DNA of 61,454 nucleotides, filler included, from Choristocarpus tenellus KU-1152 (lineage: Eukaryota; Protista; Phaeophyceae): the NCBI GenBank assembly GCA_964200185.2. It is 7 parts of 7 records of this genome, joined end to end, with 100 filler letters (N's around TTAATTAATTAA, not from the genome) between each part and the next. Parts side by side here need not be neighbours in the genome. Positions count along the whole stretch, not along the records: positions 19,415 to 35,377 come from CAXNAD020000894.1; positions 35,478 to 38,183 come from CAXNAD020025453.1; positions 38,284 to 49,266 come from CAXNAD020002583.1; 4 more parts are not named here. One strand, written 5' to 3'. Positions 33,329 to 47,862 of this stretch are shown here, one piece after another; the first letter of the stretch is position 1, and each line of letters begins with the position of its first letter. The position numbers were made by a program, and so were the translations under genes. Under the pieces are notes generated by a model. That model saw only the letters and a list, made by a program, of their open reading frames with translations, did no database searches and was not told where the DNA came from.

Positions 33329-36300
33329 TTCTTTTTTTTATACACCTCGACCCTTTGTGGTGGAATAGGTCATTGCCCCAACTGTCTGTCTGAAGGAGGT
33401 ATGTCCCTTAGTATTGTGGATTGTTCGGTCCCTGCACCCAGCTAGCTCTTGCTAATATGCTCATGTCACTATTGCCCACAGTTTTTATCGGCTTGACAGT
33501 CAGCGACTCCCCCACCCCTCTGCACTGACTGCATGGATTCCCATACCCATTGCCCACGACCGCCGCCAGCTCATTCAAAAGCAAGTAAATGAGATAGATA
33601 AGGAGTGGGCAGGTGGTGAAAGGAAGGCATGACAAGGAAAGGAGCAGCACCAGTATCAAAATTTAGATGCAAATGCGAGGGGCCCATACAGACGGAGGAA
33701 ACGGTTGCCCTGAACACCTAATCTGCTATTAATCACTGACCTGCAGTGCCACAGGAGGGGACTGGATGGACCCTACTACAGATTGAACAGGACCTCTCCT
33801 CGCGTAGTGACTTGCTGCAAGTCTAGCTCCTTTTGTTTTAGTGGCGTGTGTACAAGGCTTGAGATAGAAGGTATTTCACCTATGTAGATATGGAACTCCC
33901 ATTTGCAGCACCTGTTGCTTTAATCGTCCTCAAAATGAGGAGGTTTAACTGGTCAACACTGTGTCGTACCACTTAGCACATTTTTGTATTCCTTGCTGGT
34001 TGGTGACGCCATGCCATGCCCTGTTGGTCAATACACTCAAAAACCAAGACGTTTCGTACAGCTAGTCCTGCGACCCAGCCCACCTCACTGAGTAGCAGCA
34101 AACATTTTGGGCACGCACCCCTTGGTGCCCACAGACGTTCTGGTAGTTAAGGGTTTGACAGTCATTTTAGGTGAATGATCCTTCCGAGTGCCCCATTTCA
34201 TGACTCTGTGTGTCATAGTTCAATATATATATTGCTGTATCCAATAGATACGGTAAATTGCACACCTATTAATAGTGAGAGGCGCATTCCCACCCATGAT
34301 GGCAAGTCAATGATACACCTGATAATGAGCTAGAATAGTAGGCAAAATGGAGAGTCAACACCATCAGCCAATATTCCTTCTAGGTATGACATTACCTGCA
34401 TGAAGAGACCTCTACTTAAGAGACTAGTCAGTTCTGAAATGTGACGGATTGACTGGGGCGAAAGCTAGGTGTCCCCAGAGGCAGAGATTTAGCAGTGCCT
34501 TAAACCACCAATGCACCAAACCAACTCTGTTGTAAGAGCGGCTTGAACACACTATTCTTAATACTAGAATTAAAAAAAATAATAGCTTAATTTAATATGG
34601 ATGTATGTTCCCGATGCTTTTGACTGTTCGTGGTAGCACCACTAGAATAAACATGCCTATTATTTTCATGTTGTCCGGACCAGGACTTCCTGCTTCTGTG
34701 CATTGTTATCTTCTAGTGTTGTTCCTGTTCTCATGGATTGAATGATGACGGTTTTCTGCAGTAAAGAACACTATTATAATTGTACTGTATTACTGGCAGG
34801 ATTTCTGGTAGAAGACACTCGTCAATAGGTAGGTACAGAGTCATAGTTCACTTGGTAATACCAATAAAACCTGTAGCATAATGAACGAGTAACTCCATTC
34901 CCATGATACCCGAAGCAAAGATATCTCTACTCAGGAGGCTGTTGCTGTAGAAGAATAGATTAACGTTTGTCCACAGAAGTGCAAAATCATTCTTGAGTAT
35001 GCAGGGAGTGTATATACCACGAGAAGCCGCTTCTATACACTAATAATCATTATTGTACGTTGTGAACTGAAGGGATTTATGACTACGATTAAATCGGCTG
35101 GAGAAAAAAATCGCTTAATCTAATTGAACTGTTAACACATGCGACTAAAACTCGAAACTTTCACAAGAAAGGTTGTCAGTCACGAGGAAGGTCGTAACGG
35201 TCGTAGTGTTGAAATGTCTAGTGAGTTGTGGGTAGTGACACCTTGCGATGAATATACTATGTGACTCTTCTGTAACCCTTGGACACCATCTGTAGTTACT
35301 TTGATTAGATGAAAACAGAAGTAGAAAACAGGGGATCCTCAAAATTGAGGAAGGCGCGGGACTATGAGGATGGTTGTNNNNNNNNNNNNNNNNNNNNNNN
35401 NNNNNNNNNNNNNNNNNNNNNTTAATTAATTAANNNNNNNNNNNNNNNNNNNNNNNNNNNNNNNNNNNNNNNNNNNNTTAAAAGGGGATGGAGTGGGGTG
35501 GTGGATTTTTTGGGCGGCCAGCTTCACCTTCTTGGGAGGGTTGGGGTAGGGGGGGGGGGTTGTTTTGCTTGTCCAGGCGATTTGAGGTGTTATTAGCATA
35601 GGGTTAGGGTTGTGACTCTTGTCTTCGGGTTTGGGAGGAAAAAAAAACAAAGGTTGTTTGGTGCTCTTGGTGTAAACATTTGGTGTTTGATGTAAATGGA
35701 CAGGGAGAAAGGGGGGAGTCAGAAAACAAAGGTTCTGAAGTTTGCTGCAACTGACTTGAGGGAGGTGTCAGAATGCAGTTTGGATGATTTTTTGTATTAA
35801 ATTTATTATTTATTTTATCATAATACGACTCTTGATAGATATTTATTTATTTTATCACTGGCTGTCTGACATGTGCAAAGCTAGGTGGGTAGGCAGGCTC
35901 AGTGTGTTGTTTACCCATGCATGTGGCCCTTGATTATGGACATTGTTTTATATTTATATTTTTTATGTCAACTTTGTGTGTGTGTGTGTGTGAGTTTGTG
36001 TGTTTTGTTTTTGTTTATTGTTCTATGAGGGTTAGGGGGTGCTTGATGACAGGTTCCAATTATAGGAAACCTTTTGAGTCTCTTTGTTGTATATCAGACT
36101 CAGTGGGGTTGAAGAAGGGAAGAGGACTTCAAGGCCTTCAAAGGTCAGGTGACGATGGGCTGTTGATCCTTTTGTCAGGAATGTTGATCGTTTGTTTAAG
36201 CTGATGATGAGCAAGGAGCAATCAAATTTGTGCTGTTGAGTGCATTTTGACGGAAAAGTTCTTCATTCCCAAAGAGTGATTTAAGATTAAGATTTTCACA

Positions 36301-36406
36301 AGGCTGTATATATATATGTGTGTGTATATATATACAGTGAATAATGCCTGTGTTTTAATGAACCATGCCCTTTTCTTTCAATTTGTGTATCTGTTCTCCT
36401 AATAAG

Positions 36407-37998
36407 GTGGATGCCATGGATGGAATACGTGAGATCGTGGACAGTTGGGAGATAGACGCCTTCCCATGGACATACGAGTGAGGCCGCCTCCCCCCCCCCC
36501 TTCTCTCCCCATTACCAATTGGCTTTTTGTTTATTTCATCATGCTCTCCCTTCTACCCACAAGGGTTAGGGTTAGGGTGTGTGTGATGGAAGTGGTTTGA
36601 ATTGTTGGGATTTTTGTTCCATTATTATCATGCATCGATGTGATGTGATGTGATGTGATGCAGAACCATTATAGGAAAACTGTATAAATAAGAACAAGAA
36701 AGACTGTGCACATTATGTTTATGTATGTTTATATATGGGGTGCACACACTTGGCGAATCTCTTGTATTATTTTGTGAGGAAACTGCATAGCGCCATACCA
36801 CTCCTGGGAGTTCCAATTTTACACATTATTTGACTTGTGAAAAAAAAATATATATATATATATATGTAATGCTGTGCCCTGAAAAGGTTATTTGGCTTGA
36901 AAAGTGTTGGGGTTATGGTTTGGAATGGTTTGTTGTTTTGGGGGGTTGACTCTTGGAAGGGGTTAAGAAATGAACATTTCTTATGTTTCTTATGTTTGTG
37001 AGTGAGGGTCAAAAACCCACGTTTTCAGTTCTTTTTCTTATGTTTATTTCATATTGTTCTGTATTGGGTTTTTTGTGTTGTGATATCAGAAGAGTATTTG
37101 TGTCTGATTAGACATGCAAGATCGTGTGATGGAGAAATATCACCAGTATCCTTGCAATTAAAGAAAAAAAAACTGATGATTTTTTTTTCTGCTGTTAATC
37201 GTTATTATTGTTCTTATTATAATCGTTATTGTTCTTTTTGTTATTAATATTACTATTTGTTTTCTTAAACAGTTTCAACCACATGAGCATTATTATGTTT
37301 TGATGACAGAATACTGAAGCGATTTGCTTATTTTTATTTTTATTGATTGGTTAGAGATTATATTTAATTTATCTTAGGATGTTTTGGAAGGCGGTTAGGG
37401 TTAGGGTTAGATACCTCTCATTTCTTCCTGTTTATTGTTGCATGTGAGTTAACCCTTCTCGTAGACTTCTTTGCCCTGGCTCTCTGGTTCCTTTAAAGAA
37501 GATAATTAATTTATTATTCATATTTTATTTTTATTTTTATTTTTGGCTGCATTCAAGCCGTTTTTTATTAGGAATAAAAAATATATATATTATTTTCTTG
37601 ACCCAATTTAAAATCAGAAACAACCTTACACCAATATAACCAGCACTATTGAGATACTTTTTTATCATCAAATAATAGAAAGAAAAAAAGAAAAATCATC
37701 AGTTATGCTTCTTGTTACAAAATTTAAACCTTTAAATTTAATATAAATTACTTGCAATTAGTTTTTTGTTCTATTGTTTGATCCCCACCTCCCCACCCCT
37801 CCTTATTTTTGTTGTCAAATGGTTCAGGTTCCTTCAGTTTGAGACTTTAAAGATCATCTACAGGGAGCTCGTGCAAGGTCTAGGGCTCTGTATGGTAGCT
37901 GTATTTTTTGTAACTTTGATACTCCTGGCCCACCCAACCACAGCAGTGCTTGTATCGCTGTGTGTGATGTTGACTCTTGTTGAGGTTACCGGAGTCAT
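36407..37998 (+). CDS. Partial Patched/NPC1-like (RND-family) membrane protein; exons 36407-36477 and 37828-37998
   Basis: Spliced peptide VDAMDGIREIVDSWEIDAFPWTYEFLQFETLKIIYRELVQGLGLCMVAVFFVTLILLAHPTTAVLVSLCVMLTLVEVTGVM, typical of the luminal-loop/TM region of Patched-domain proteins. Confidence 0.82.
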
Positions 37999-38763
37999 GT
38001 GAGTAATAATGCAAGCCAGCAATAGCAACAGGCTAGTGCATGTTGGATGTGTCTTGTTTTGAAACGGGACAAATTTTAGTTTGGCAGGGGGGGGGGGGGG
38101 GGGGGGGGGGCCTTTAGAACCATTTTTTTATGGGGGGGTTGGGGGGGGGGTTAGTCTTCCTTCCGTTATTTTTTATTTTTTTTNNNNNNNNNNNNNNNNN
38201 NNNNNNNNNNNNNNNNNNNNNNNNNNNTTAATTAATTAANNNNNNNNNNNNNNNNNNNNNNNNNNNNNNNNNNNNNNNNNNNNCCCCCCCCCCCCTCCCC
38301 CCAGATACATTGGGTCAGCAGGACATGGATGTGGGGTGAGAGTTATATCTCAATCATGTTTAGGTCGCAAGAAGTGAGCAACATCATGCGCTGTGGGAAT
38401 TTGGACAGGCATGGGCATTTTCTTTTCTGTTCGCCATGAGGAGGAGTTCTCCAAGAAATTATTTGGATAATATGGGATAACTCCTTCCATTATGTCCTCA
38501 ATCACTGTGCTTGCGTCACTGTTTTGGTGCTGGATACCCCTTGAGTTGCAGTGTTGCTGCCGTATAGATAATCTCTTCAACTATACACCACTTTCCTCTC
38601 AAGTGTCCAGTGAGCAAATTCCTCTAGTACCATTTTTCAATACTCGGAGTGGACTGTATGTGGCATGAACTGCTTCTGTAGCCTTTCTCAAACAACCATC
38701 TCAGTCTTGATCGTGAGCTGTGCTTTGTAGTCACAAGCCCCTTATATTCATTCTGTGCTCTCT

Positions 38764-39020
38764 GAATTGAAGGGAGCAAGAGGTACCCAGAGTTGCATTT
38801 TATGGATGCTGGCAATTATTGTCCAAAATTCGGTCTTTTCTACGAATGTGTAGAGGATATTTTCTTTGTTTTGTCGAAAATTTTCAAAAATAGAGAAATC
38901 AACACTCTCAAGTTAAACTCAGAACTTATCCATAGAAATATGGGTGAATTACAAATGATTGAAAAACTGGCTTACAATGTAAACAGCCAAAACTTGGGTA
39001 CCTCTCGCTTACCTTGACTC
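38764..39020 (+). mobile_element. MITE family B copy
   Basis: caagaggtacccagagttgcatttt ... ttgggtacctctcgcttaccttgactc. Confidence 0.82.
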
Positions 39021-40121
39021 TCTATGCCTTTTTGCTGCAATAAACTGCCCTGAGAACTCCAAAATCATATGAAAAGAACACATGAACATGCTAAATAAGC
39101 TTTTCTTCCGCACATAACAATATGATACACTGAGAGCTATGAAATGTCTTGTGTTGCATTGCCCTCGTACCTAGTATCTAATAGTAGAGGCCACCGACAT
39201 AGCAACTAAGAACTTCCACTAACTACAACTGTGCTCAAGCACATTACATTGATTCCTCCCCTCCTCCCTACATCTCTCTCCTTGCTTTCTTCCACTCACT
39301 TGCGGGTCACCCTGGACTACAGCTGTACCTAATGGAGAAGGGAATGAACTTGCAGGAACTGTTTGCTCTCATGGTGGCCCATTGGAAAATAAATACTTGT
39401 AGCGATTTCGAAGGTGAAGCAGTTGACTTTTATCAGCAGGGTTAATATTTCAAAGACTAGGACTACGAGTCCTTAGCAAAAAAATGGTGGTGCAGGGATA
39501 CATTAATGCAATCCACTCCTGCCATGTGAGGAGAAGATGGACCCTTGAAAGAAAACACTAGGTATCAGACCCTATCTACCTTGGGCCCTGTTCAATAGCA
39601 AATATTGGGGTTGGGGAATGGGTGTACTGGGATAGATGGGGCATTGTGTTGGGAGTGCTGAACTGTTGACTAATCGAAATCTTGTGTGTAGCGATGATAT
39701 AGCCATGATTTTGGAATGCTGAACATTGATTGACTTATGCCCAAGCATTCATTTTTAATGAAGGAAATATGTTAACTGTAAGGGGGCATGCCCCAGGTAT
39801 AGTATTTCTTTCTTTGCCTATTGGCCCGGGCTAAAACCTTTGTCTTGGGGATAGGCCAGGGTCGTGTGTGATCCATAGATGCCCATTATGTCCTCTAAGT
39901 ACTCCTGGCTTACAGTCTAATTCGTTTTCTTGTATCTAAGGCAGTGGAGCCTAGTCTGTATGGTTACATGCCCCACAACAAAGAACTGCAAACCTTGTCT
40001 TTCTGAATAGGTTTCATGCCCTATACCCTACCCTAACCAGCGTCATCACAACTGAGAGACAACTCCGGTGTGTCACATTCAGCTCTGAGAGTTACACTCC
40101 TCTCCTTGTCCAAGAGTGCAG

Positions 40122-43100
40122 ACCTGTCCCGTTTGAGGATAGAGGTGAGGGGGGAGAAAAGGAGGAGGGAGGAAGCATACCCCGCTGCCCTGGAAGCTGA
40201 GAAATTGAATCAGGATATGAAGACCAAGGTTAGAGAGAGGGACATGGGGGGTGCTGAATAGTAGCTGTCATTGGTTGCCTTTGCACACCTCAGACAACAC
40301 TGCACTCAATGCTAACAATTGCCCTGGAGCACTCCAATTTTTTCCCAAAATGTCCATTTGGAGGGCAATGAATGCTTGGGGCTATTTCCACTACATCATC
40401 CATTGTTCAGGACAGTGCCGGGCACCTTTTCCTTTGTACCCCCTGATATAATTTACTCCAGAGTATATATTATGGGGACGTTCTGAGTCAACTCTTCAAC
40501 TATTATGTAATTCACATGAGACCATTTTCTCTACTACGTCATATGGCATCCATTGTCAGGATAGCACTCTAATCTGTTTTGTCCATAGCGTCCCTTGTCA
40601 GGACAACACCACCACCACGGTCTTTGCTCTATAGCATGCATTTTCTGAAAAATGCTATGTAGCCCTCAGAAGTAAACATCAAATTGTTCTATGCAAGTAT
40701 TTCAATATTGTCCAAGGTGTGTTTGTTCTGGAGCCAATCGAGTAGAGGGTGGGGAAGGTGTCAATGTTTAATAAATATACGGTATTTTTTTTGGACCCAC
40801 TGATGTGTTCAGCAGAGGCACTGCGATTACACTATATACTAGTGAATGGAGTTTTCTATCTTTTTTTCTCTTTTTTTAAGACTTTTTTGTAAGGCTCCTG
40901 CGCATATGACTCCCCCCTCACATTGAACAATGTTGTCAAGGACTAGGAGATAAGAATGACTGGAGGAATGGGATAAGGAATCAATGACTGTCAATAACTG
41001 TCAGTAACTGTCAATGATGGTTGTGCAGATGGCAAGTGTACATCAGTCAAAGAGGTAAAGGAGATTAGAGAGTGATCCTTTGAGAAAATTCTTGTGTGCG
41101 TAGGTGCTGTATGTTGGAGCAGAGTGCTAGGCAAAAGCGGCACGCTTTCATTTTCATAGTATGATGATGAAAATACTGAACAGGGTAGTGCATTTCCTAT
41201 TAGTGACTTCCTTAATGTGCTTGCTGTTCCATTTCCAAGTAACTTAGGGCACTCAATGGAATTTCTTGGGTCATTTCAGTCTGTTGTACTTTCTGCTGTA
41301 AGAGTGAACGTATATTAGAGGGTACGAGTTTTTCCCTGTTTGTCCATTCTGGGCTTGGCTTCCCACGGGGTTTTTACGACATTTTTCTACTCCGAAATAT
41401 TTTGGAGTAGGTGAAATGTATAATTCATGAAATGGTGTGTCTGGAACAAGGATATTAACACTTCCTAATAAACACAATAGCCAAAATTACATCAAAATCA
41501 CAACATTGAATTTTGGCCTCCACATGGACGCGGCTCTACCCCAACCCTAAGATACTTTGACTCGTAAACTAAAATGGAAAATCTGTATTTCGACCTCCTT
41601 CAGGTGCTATAAACACTTAGTGTATATTTTCCCCTTCGTACTACTAGCTGTCACTAGTATATTGCTTCAAAATAGATAGATAAGGATGAGGAGAGTTTCA
41701 GAGACAGCCAAAGTATCAGACCGGTTTTACCGAGAACGGACCCATTCTCGACCAGAGGGGTTGGTCTAATTGGGCAAAATAAGATTTGCATTATGTTGAG
41801 ATATGGCGTGGTGGAAAATGGATTGGTGATCTCAGTCTGTTTGCGTCGTAGAAGGTGAAGGCTGTGTGTTGTATCAATTTTGAACGGATCAGGCTCAGTG
41901 CTTCATGGACAAGTTTCAGGATTCTATTGCTTTCGATGACATGGCTGGTTGAAAGGATTTTTGTAAGTGGAGTAACAACTGAGTACTCTGCAACTGACAG
42001 GAAATGAAAAATGTTATGTTACGTTCTCAAAAGGCTAGAGTGAGCCCAAAGGCCCAAGTATGTGGATGGCCAAGGCCTCATTGCAGATTCAGCAGCATCT
42101 TACTACACCCAACACCTCTCCAACACGAAGCTCTAAACCTGTACAAGTCAATGCCTTTTATAGTCTACTTATAGACAGTGATATCTGTACACAGTGGCAT
42201 ATACACACAAGACGCAGACAAGCACACACGCAAACACACACTCACGTACACACAAACACAGACCTCACACAAATCAAATGCACCAATCAAGCACAAAATA
42301 ATGCGAAACTAGATGGAAGGATACAATACCAAACCAACCGAAACTCTTAACTGCTCAAGAAGATGAGCATGAAGAAAGATGAGCTCTCAGACGCGATGGA
42401 GGTGCTTTCCCTTCTCGAGACCAAGATGGAACATGAGCCCCAGCGCGTTCTTGACCTCTTTGAGGACCTAGATATAGCAAAAGATGGGTACATTTCCAGG
42501 TGTGGGTACATAATGACTTGGATGTAGCTGCATTGTAAGTAATCATGGATATGTTCAACCTTTTCATGTGCTTTTGGTGAGGACCTCTACACCTACTCCT
42601 AGTCTCATACCCAATGGCTTGACCCATACATACGTAACATAAAATTGAGTCAGACAAGGTGTGGAATAGAAATATGCAGAAGAAGAAGAAGGTTTTGGGA
42701 ATGGGGGACGAGTAGGAGATGTAGCATTTGCACCATTACTACATAGGACACACGTTTCCATGCCACACACCCTACCCACTTGGTCCTGCTATGATATTGA
42801 CCCCTCACTGTTCAGGGTGGACCTAGGTATTGGTCTCCAAGTCATTGCCAAAGGTATCTGGGACCGAGGCAACGGGCTAAGCAATCCTGCTGATGACAAG
42901 GACAGGAATAGGGCAGACAAAGCTCGAGCTAGGGCTGCTACGGAGCGGTGAGTGGGGAATCACAGCACTACAGGGAAAGGGCGAACAAGGGAATCCAGTA
43001 GCTAGGTTTGGCGAGGACTCCAGTGGATAGCACAGACGATTTTATCTTCCTATCAGATGTGCATGCTTCCTTATTGTATGTAAACCTTCCTCCTCACAGG

Positions 43101-46100
43101 AGGTGTAGCAGTAGCAGCTTCGAAATGTGTCACTGTGCTCATTGGAAACAGTACATTTTGCAGACAGACTAAGTACTATCTTGCTCTCCAACAGGAAAAT
43201 GTCTCGCTGCAGTACCCTTCTTTGTAGTAGAAGGTACTAACAGAGAATATTTTTCCCTGAAAAGCAGTGCCCTTACAAGACACACAGATGTACCAACCAC
43301 TATATCGAATCGCCTTGGAGTATAAAGTATACCTGACACAGCATCACTCCAAAGAGTCAAAGTAAAAGGTACTCAGGTAATGGGTTTGCATTTTCAGTAA
43401 TTTTTTTCGTTCTCGTTTGTACTACCAATATTTCTATGGACAGAGTGCTAAGTTTGGCTTGAGAGCGTTGATTTATCTATTTTTTTAACTCTCCAACAGA
43501 ATTCAGAAAAGGTGCAGTATCCACTCTTTTTTAAGCCAAATATTGCATATATTTGTCATCATCCTAAATTTGCAACTCTAGATACATCTCTTACTTTTGA
43601 CTCAAAGAATGTCATACAGACAGTGCCTTTGTTTATGAAGCTAATGTAGGCCAGGACTCACCTGATCAGGTCTTGACAACTAGCTGTGGCTTTCAACACA
43701 GAAGGAAGAGATAGAGAGTGAGACCACACCAGTAGATGGAGGCTCAGTCCAGTAAGCACACATTACCAATCTTCTGGGACACTATCAACCCTTGCATACC
43801 GTATTACACATCTCTCTTAATATGATTCCATTTACACAGTCCACTTTCTTGAAAAGTGTTCGAGCACATTCTAAACAACCTTACTGATAGGCAAGCTCTG
43901 GCAGAACATGATCGATACTATGACGACAGTCCACAGTGTTTCAGAATCAGGTCTTCTCGATATGTGATCTGATCTCCTTACTTTCAAGATAGCTGTGGAT
44001 AACAGTAAACTCTAACAGTATACTCTAACAGTATACTCTAACAGTGTACCGTGGAAGCTGCTGTGTGCAAGCATACTGTGGAAATTCAATGGCTAATATT
44101 TTGGAGTACTGGCATGTACCAAACTTTGTGTACACTAACATGATGTGCAGTTGAACATGGCACTTTCCATGGGTGCTCCCACAAACAGGTCGTGAGATAC
44201 ACATTGGCCACTGATCTTTTATGTCTGCCATAATCCTTTGCAGACGAAAGATCTTGAGGCAAACAGCAAGAATAGATGCTGCTGAGGGATCAGGAGCAGC
44301 CAAAGTACTACGAGTCTTAGATGATTACCTCGTCAGGACAGGTTGCAAGGTGTGTGTACACACCCTGAAGTCACTATCTTCTGTGGTCATGGCAACAAGT
44401 ATCCTTTTCAAAATATGTAATTTTAAGGTCTATCCTCTAATATGTACTGGAGCTCAAATATTATGTGGTTACAATACTTGAAGCACATTGTAGACTGGAG
44501 GATACGGTGTAGTTCAGGTTGGCTCAGAGGAAGTAAGGTATGAGTTCATCAATTCATGCACGTTTCCTTAGTGTTGTCAATTGAAAGGCTTCAAAGACGC
44601 CAGGTGACCACTGCCAACTTCAGCAATGAGCACAGCATGTGATTGATTGAGGAGACAACAAATTGAATCCAACATACTTGATCTCTCTCTCTCTCTCTCT
44701 CTCTCTCTTGGTATTTCTTTATCTATTAATTGAACACAGGAGTTCGATTCACAACAAGACATTTCATACGTTGGTGACAAGCTTTATTGACTTAGTGTGC
44801 ACCAAAAATACTCTCTTTTGGATACCGTTGTAATTGCTCTTGGTTTCCATCAGATCAAACCCCAAGAGGTGGATACGCCTTTAGAATCCTTAAGATCCAT
44901 ACTTTGATGTTTTGGTGGTGAGAGAGGTATCGCAAGGCCTTTTCTTTGAGTCAAAATAAGCGAGAGGTACCCAGAGTTGCATTTTAAGGATCTCAGCAAA
45001 TATGTGCAAAATATGACTCTTTTTTAAAACATGTGTAGGATATTTTCCGAATTATGTCGAAATCTTACAAACAATAGTGAAGTCAACCCTCTCAAGTCAA
45101 ACTTAGCACTTCATCCATAGAAATATGGGTGAAATGAAAAAGATTGAAAGACTGGCTTAAAATGCAAAACGGCCAAAATTTGGGTGCCTCTACTTTACTT
45201 TGACTCCTTTTTTCCAATGATCCCAACTCTCTCCATACCGACATGTATATATATATCAATACAATTTCTATTCTATTTTCAATTTTTCTTTCTTCAAAGG
45301 CTCTCAAATATATTTTTTTAAACATTTATGTAGTCACGTATGAATAAGCCATTAAAAAGAATTGAAATGGTTTGGGAGGCAACTTCTGTATCAATAGAAC
45401 ACTCTATACTTCAAACTGAGCCAATGGAATTATACCTGCAACACCCCCTTCCCCGGCATTGACGGCTTTCCTCCTGTCTCATCCCGAACAGGTGTCTGAC
45501 ATTTTCCGATCACTTTCTCTGCGGGGGGCATTGGAGCTCAGCGGGGTAGAACTGGAAGTGGGATCAAGTCTCATAGATGACATGGGCATTACAAGAGATG
45601 AGGCAAGCAAGAAAAGTTTGATCTTTTATGTTCAAGAAATATCAAGTGCGCTTGATAGCAGATGTGAGGTGGCCCCAGAAACAATGCACTTGAAATTTAG
45701 TTACCTTTGTGTACCTATCTGGTACATTGTTTTTGGTCACTGAATAGGGAGCTGTCCCTCTCCTGGAGTTGTGTCCTCATGCAATGATCAGTCCACTGCG
45801 TTGCTAGTATGTCGAGTCTGGCATAGAGCTCCACTTCAGAGTACCTTTTGATGAGGCTGTACGTGTGCTGTTGTATTCTATGCGTACCTTCTTTGTTGAT
45901 CATTGGTGGGTTTTGAAGCTCTGCTTGTATAGTTGTGTACTCAATGTCTAGTTCAGAGTGCTCCCATAGCTAACTCAATTGTTTGTTGCAGTAATGTGGA
46001 CACATTGAAGAAGTTTTGGGAATTACATAACCCATATTGTTGTTGATAACACCTATTACCAGAATTATCAGTATATGCCTCGATATGACATACTGTCTTT

Positions 46101-47797
46101 GTTTCATCGGGGACAGTGTGTAGAAAATGGTCAATCTGAAGGCAATCAATGGGTATCACTACCCAGGTTTGAGTTGTAAGCCAACCTCTCATTAACAAAT
46201 TGTCAAGGATTCAAAGAGAGTGCTACACACACTTTTTGTATCATTATGTAGTGCCAAGGGCAGGAGGATCAGAGAGATCTCAACGGAAAATTCACCCTAT
46301 TTGACATAGTGTGGCATGGAGAAAATTTGATTGGTCTAAAAACCGATTCATGCCTTGTCGTTTACTCCTAACAGGTCGCTTTAAAATAGTACCAAGTATA
46401 CCAGGAAGGTGCTAGCCCTCAATACATCCCAGTAATTTACCGCAACTTAAATTCATGTAACATATGAGTTTGATTGGTCCAATCACCAGACCACTCGCTT
46501 GTTGTTTCGTGTTGCCAGCTCAATAATGGGATATTGCATTATCAGAGTAATTTGGAATAGTGTGGGAGAAGTATCAGAAGCCAACACAATGGACTCGCTT
46601 AGAATCAAATTTGGTAGAAACCACAACCATGGCAACAACTCGCAATCATAAGTAGCACCTGCCCAGAGTCCTGTTCCTGTATAGCAACACTACAGTAAAT
46701 TGGTAAGAGAAAATATCTGCCCCCATGCATTGCTAACGTATTCAATTGTGAACAGATGCACAACTTGTTGACCTTTATGGAAAAGGATAAGAACTCTGAT
46801 GTAAATGTTCAGGAGCTGGAGCAAGCCTTGCACGAATTTCGCGAACTTAGGCTTGATTATCCTTCCTTAGGGGACGGACCGATGACACTTATCCACCCAC
46901 ATGAGCTTCAGACACTAGCAGACTACGTATTCCAGCAAGCACTGAACATTTCTAGTGAGGAGGAGGGGTCATTGCAGGGGGTGAGGGCCGAGGCAGAGAT
47001 AGGCAAGCCCACAATCCAGCTAGGATTAGGAGGGGAAATTAACAAGGGCATAGATGGAGCTGTGGGGAATGGATCCGTGGGTAAGGTGGTATCAGTAGCA
47101 CAATTACAGGCTGTGTTTGACAATGCCTGTCAAGAACATGACAATCGGCATAGACAGGGAGAGAGAGGGGTGAGTGGAAAAGGTGGATGTCATGAAGGAG
47201 GAGGTCATGGCGATGGTGATGAGAGGAATATATCTACAACTAGCGAAGGACTGCGCAACATCAAACAAGCTCATAGAGAGAGACATTCGTACAGTACTGG
47301 GGGTGAAAAGGTGTGTGACATCTGAACAGGATATGAAAGAGCTGGGTGTACGTGGAGACACAGGAGGTGGGGCAGTGGAGGGAGAGTAGAGAGTGTGAAG
47401 GTTTATTTTTCTAGGTGCGGCAACGGAGGTTTGCTGAGAAGAACAATAAAATGCACTGTGTTCAGTATTTTATCCTGTGAACATGACTCTCACCTCCATG
47501 TAGCCAACAACAACAAAATCTAGCGGGGTATCTTTCCATCTATTTTGGTGACCACCTCTGTCGACCCTACAAACATTTTTGTACATTGTACAGGACAAGA
47601 TGATGGGTTGGTTGCAAGCATCCAGGACTTTTGATCGTACTCCCACAGGGCGCATGCCCACCCTTGTGGAACGCATGACAGACAAGCAGCGGGTGGAGCT
47701 AGAACTGTACAGGCAAAGGCAGGTGAGAACAAGCATAAATTATCAGATGGATTAAGCCATTCATAATTCACACGGCCGAAATTGATGGCATCTCGGT

Positions 47798-47862
<65 letters not shown>

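Noticed and set aside
41705-41725. cagccaaagtatc resembling a MITE terminus
   Set aside because: No matching opposite TIR or family body was found nearby.
47170-47182. Apparent 13-nt GT-AG micro-intron (gtgagtggaaaag) switching to the 47174-47389 ORF
   Set aside because: The unspliced frame stays open to a phase-0 donor (GAA AAG|gtgtg) that fits the next exon, so no micro-intron is needed.
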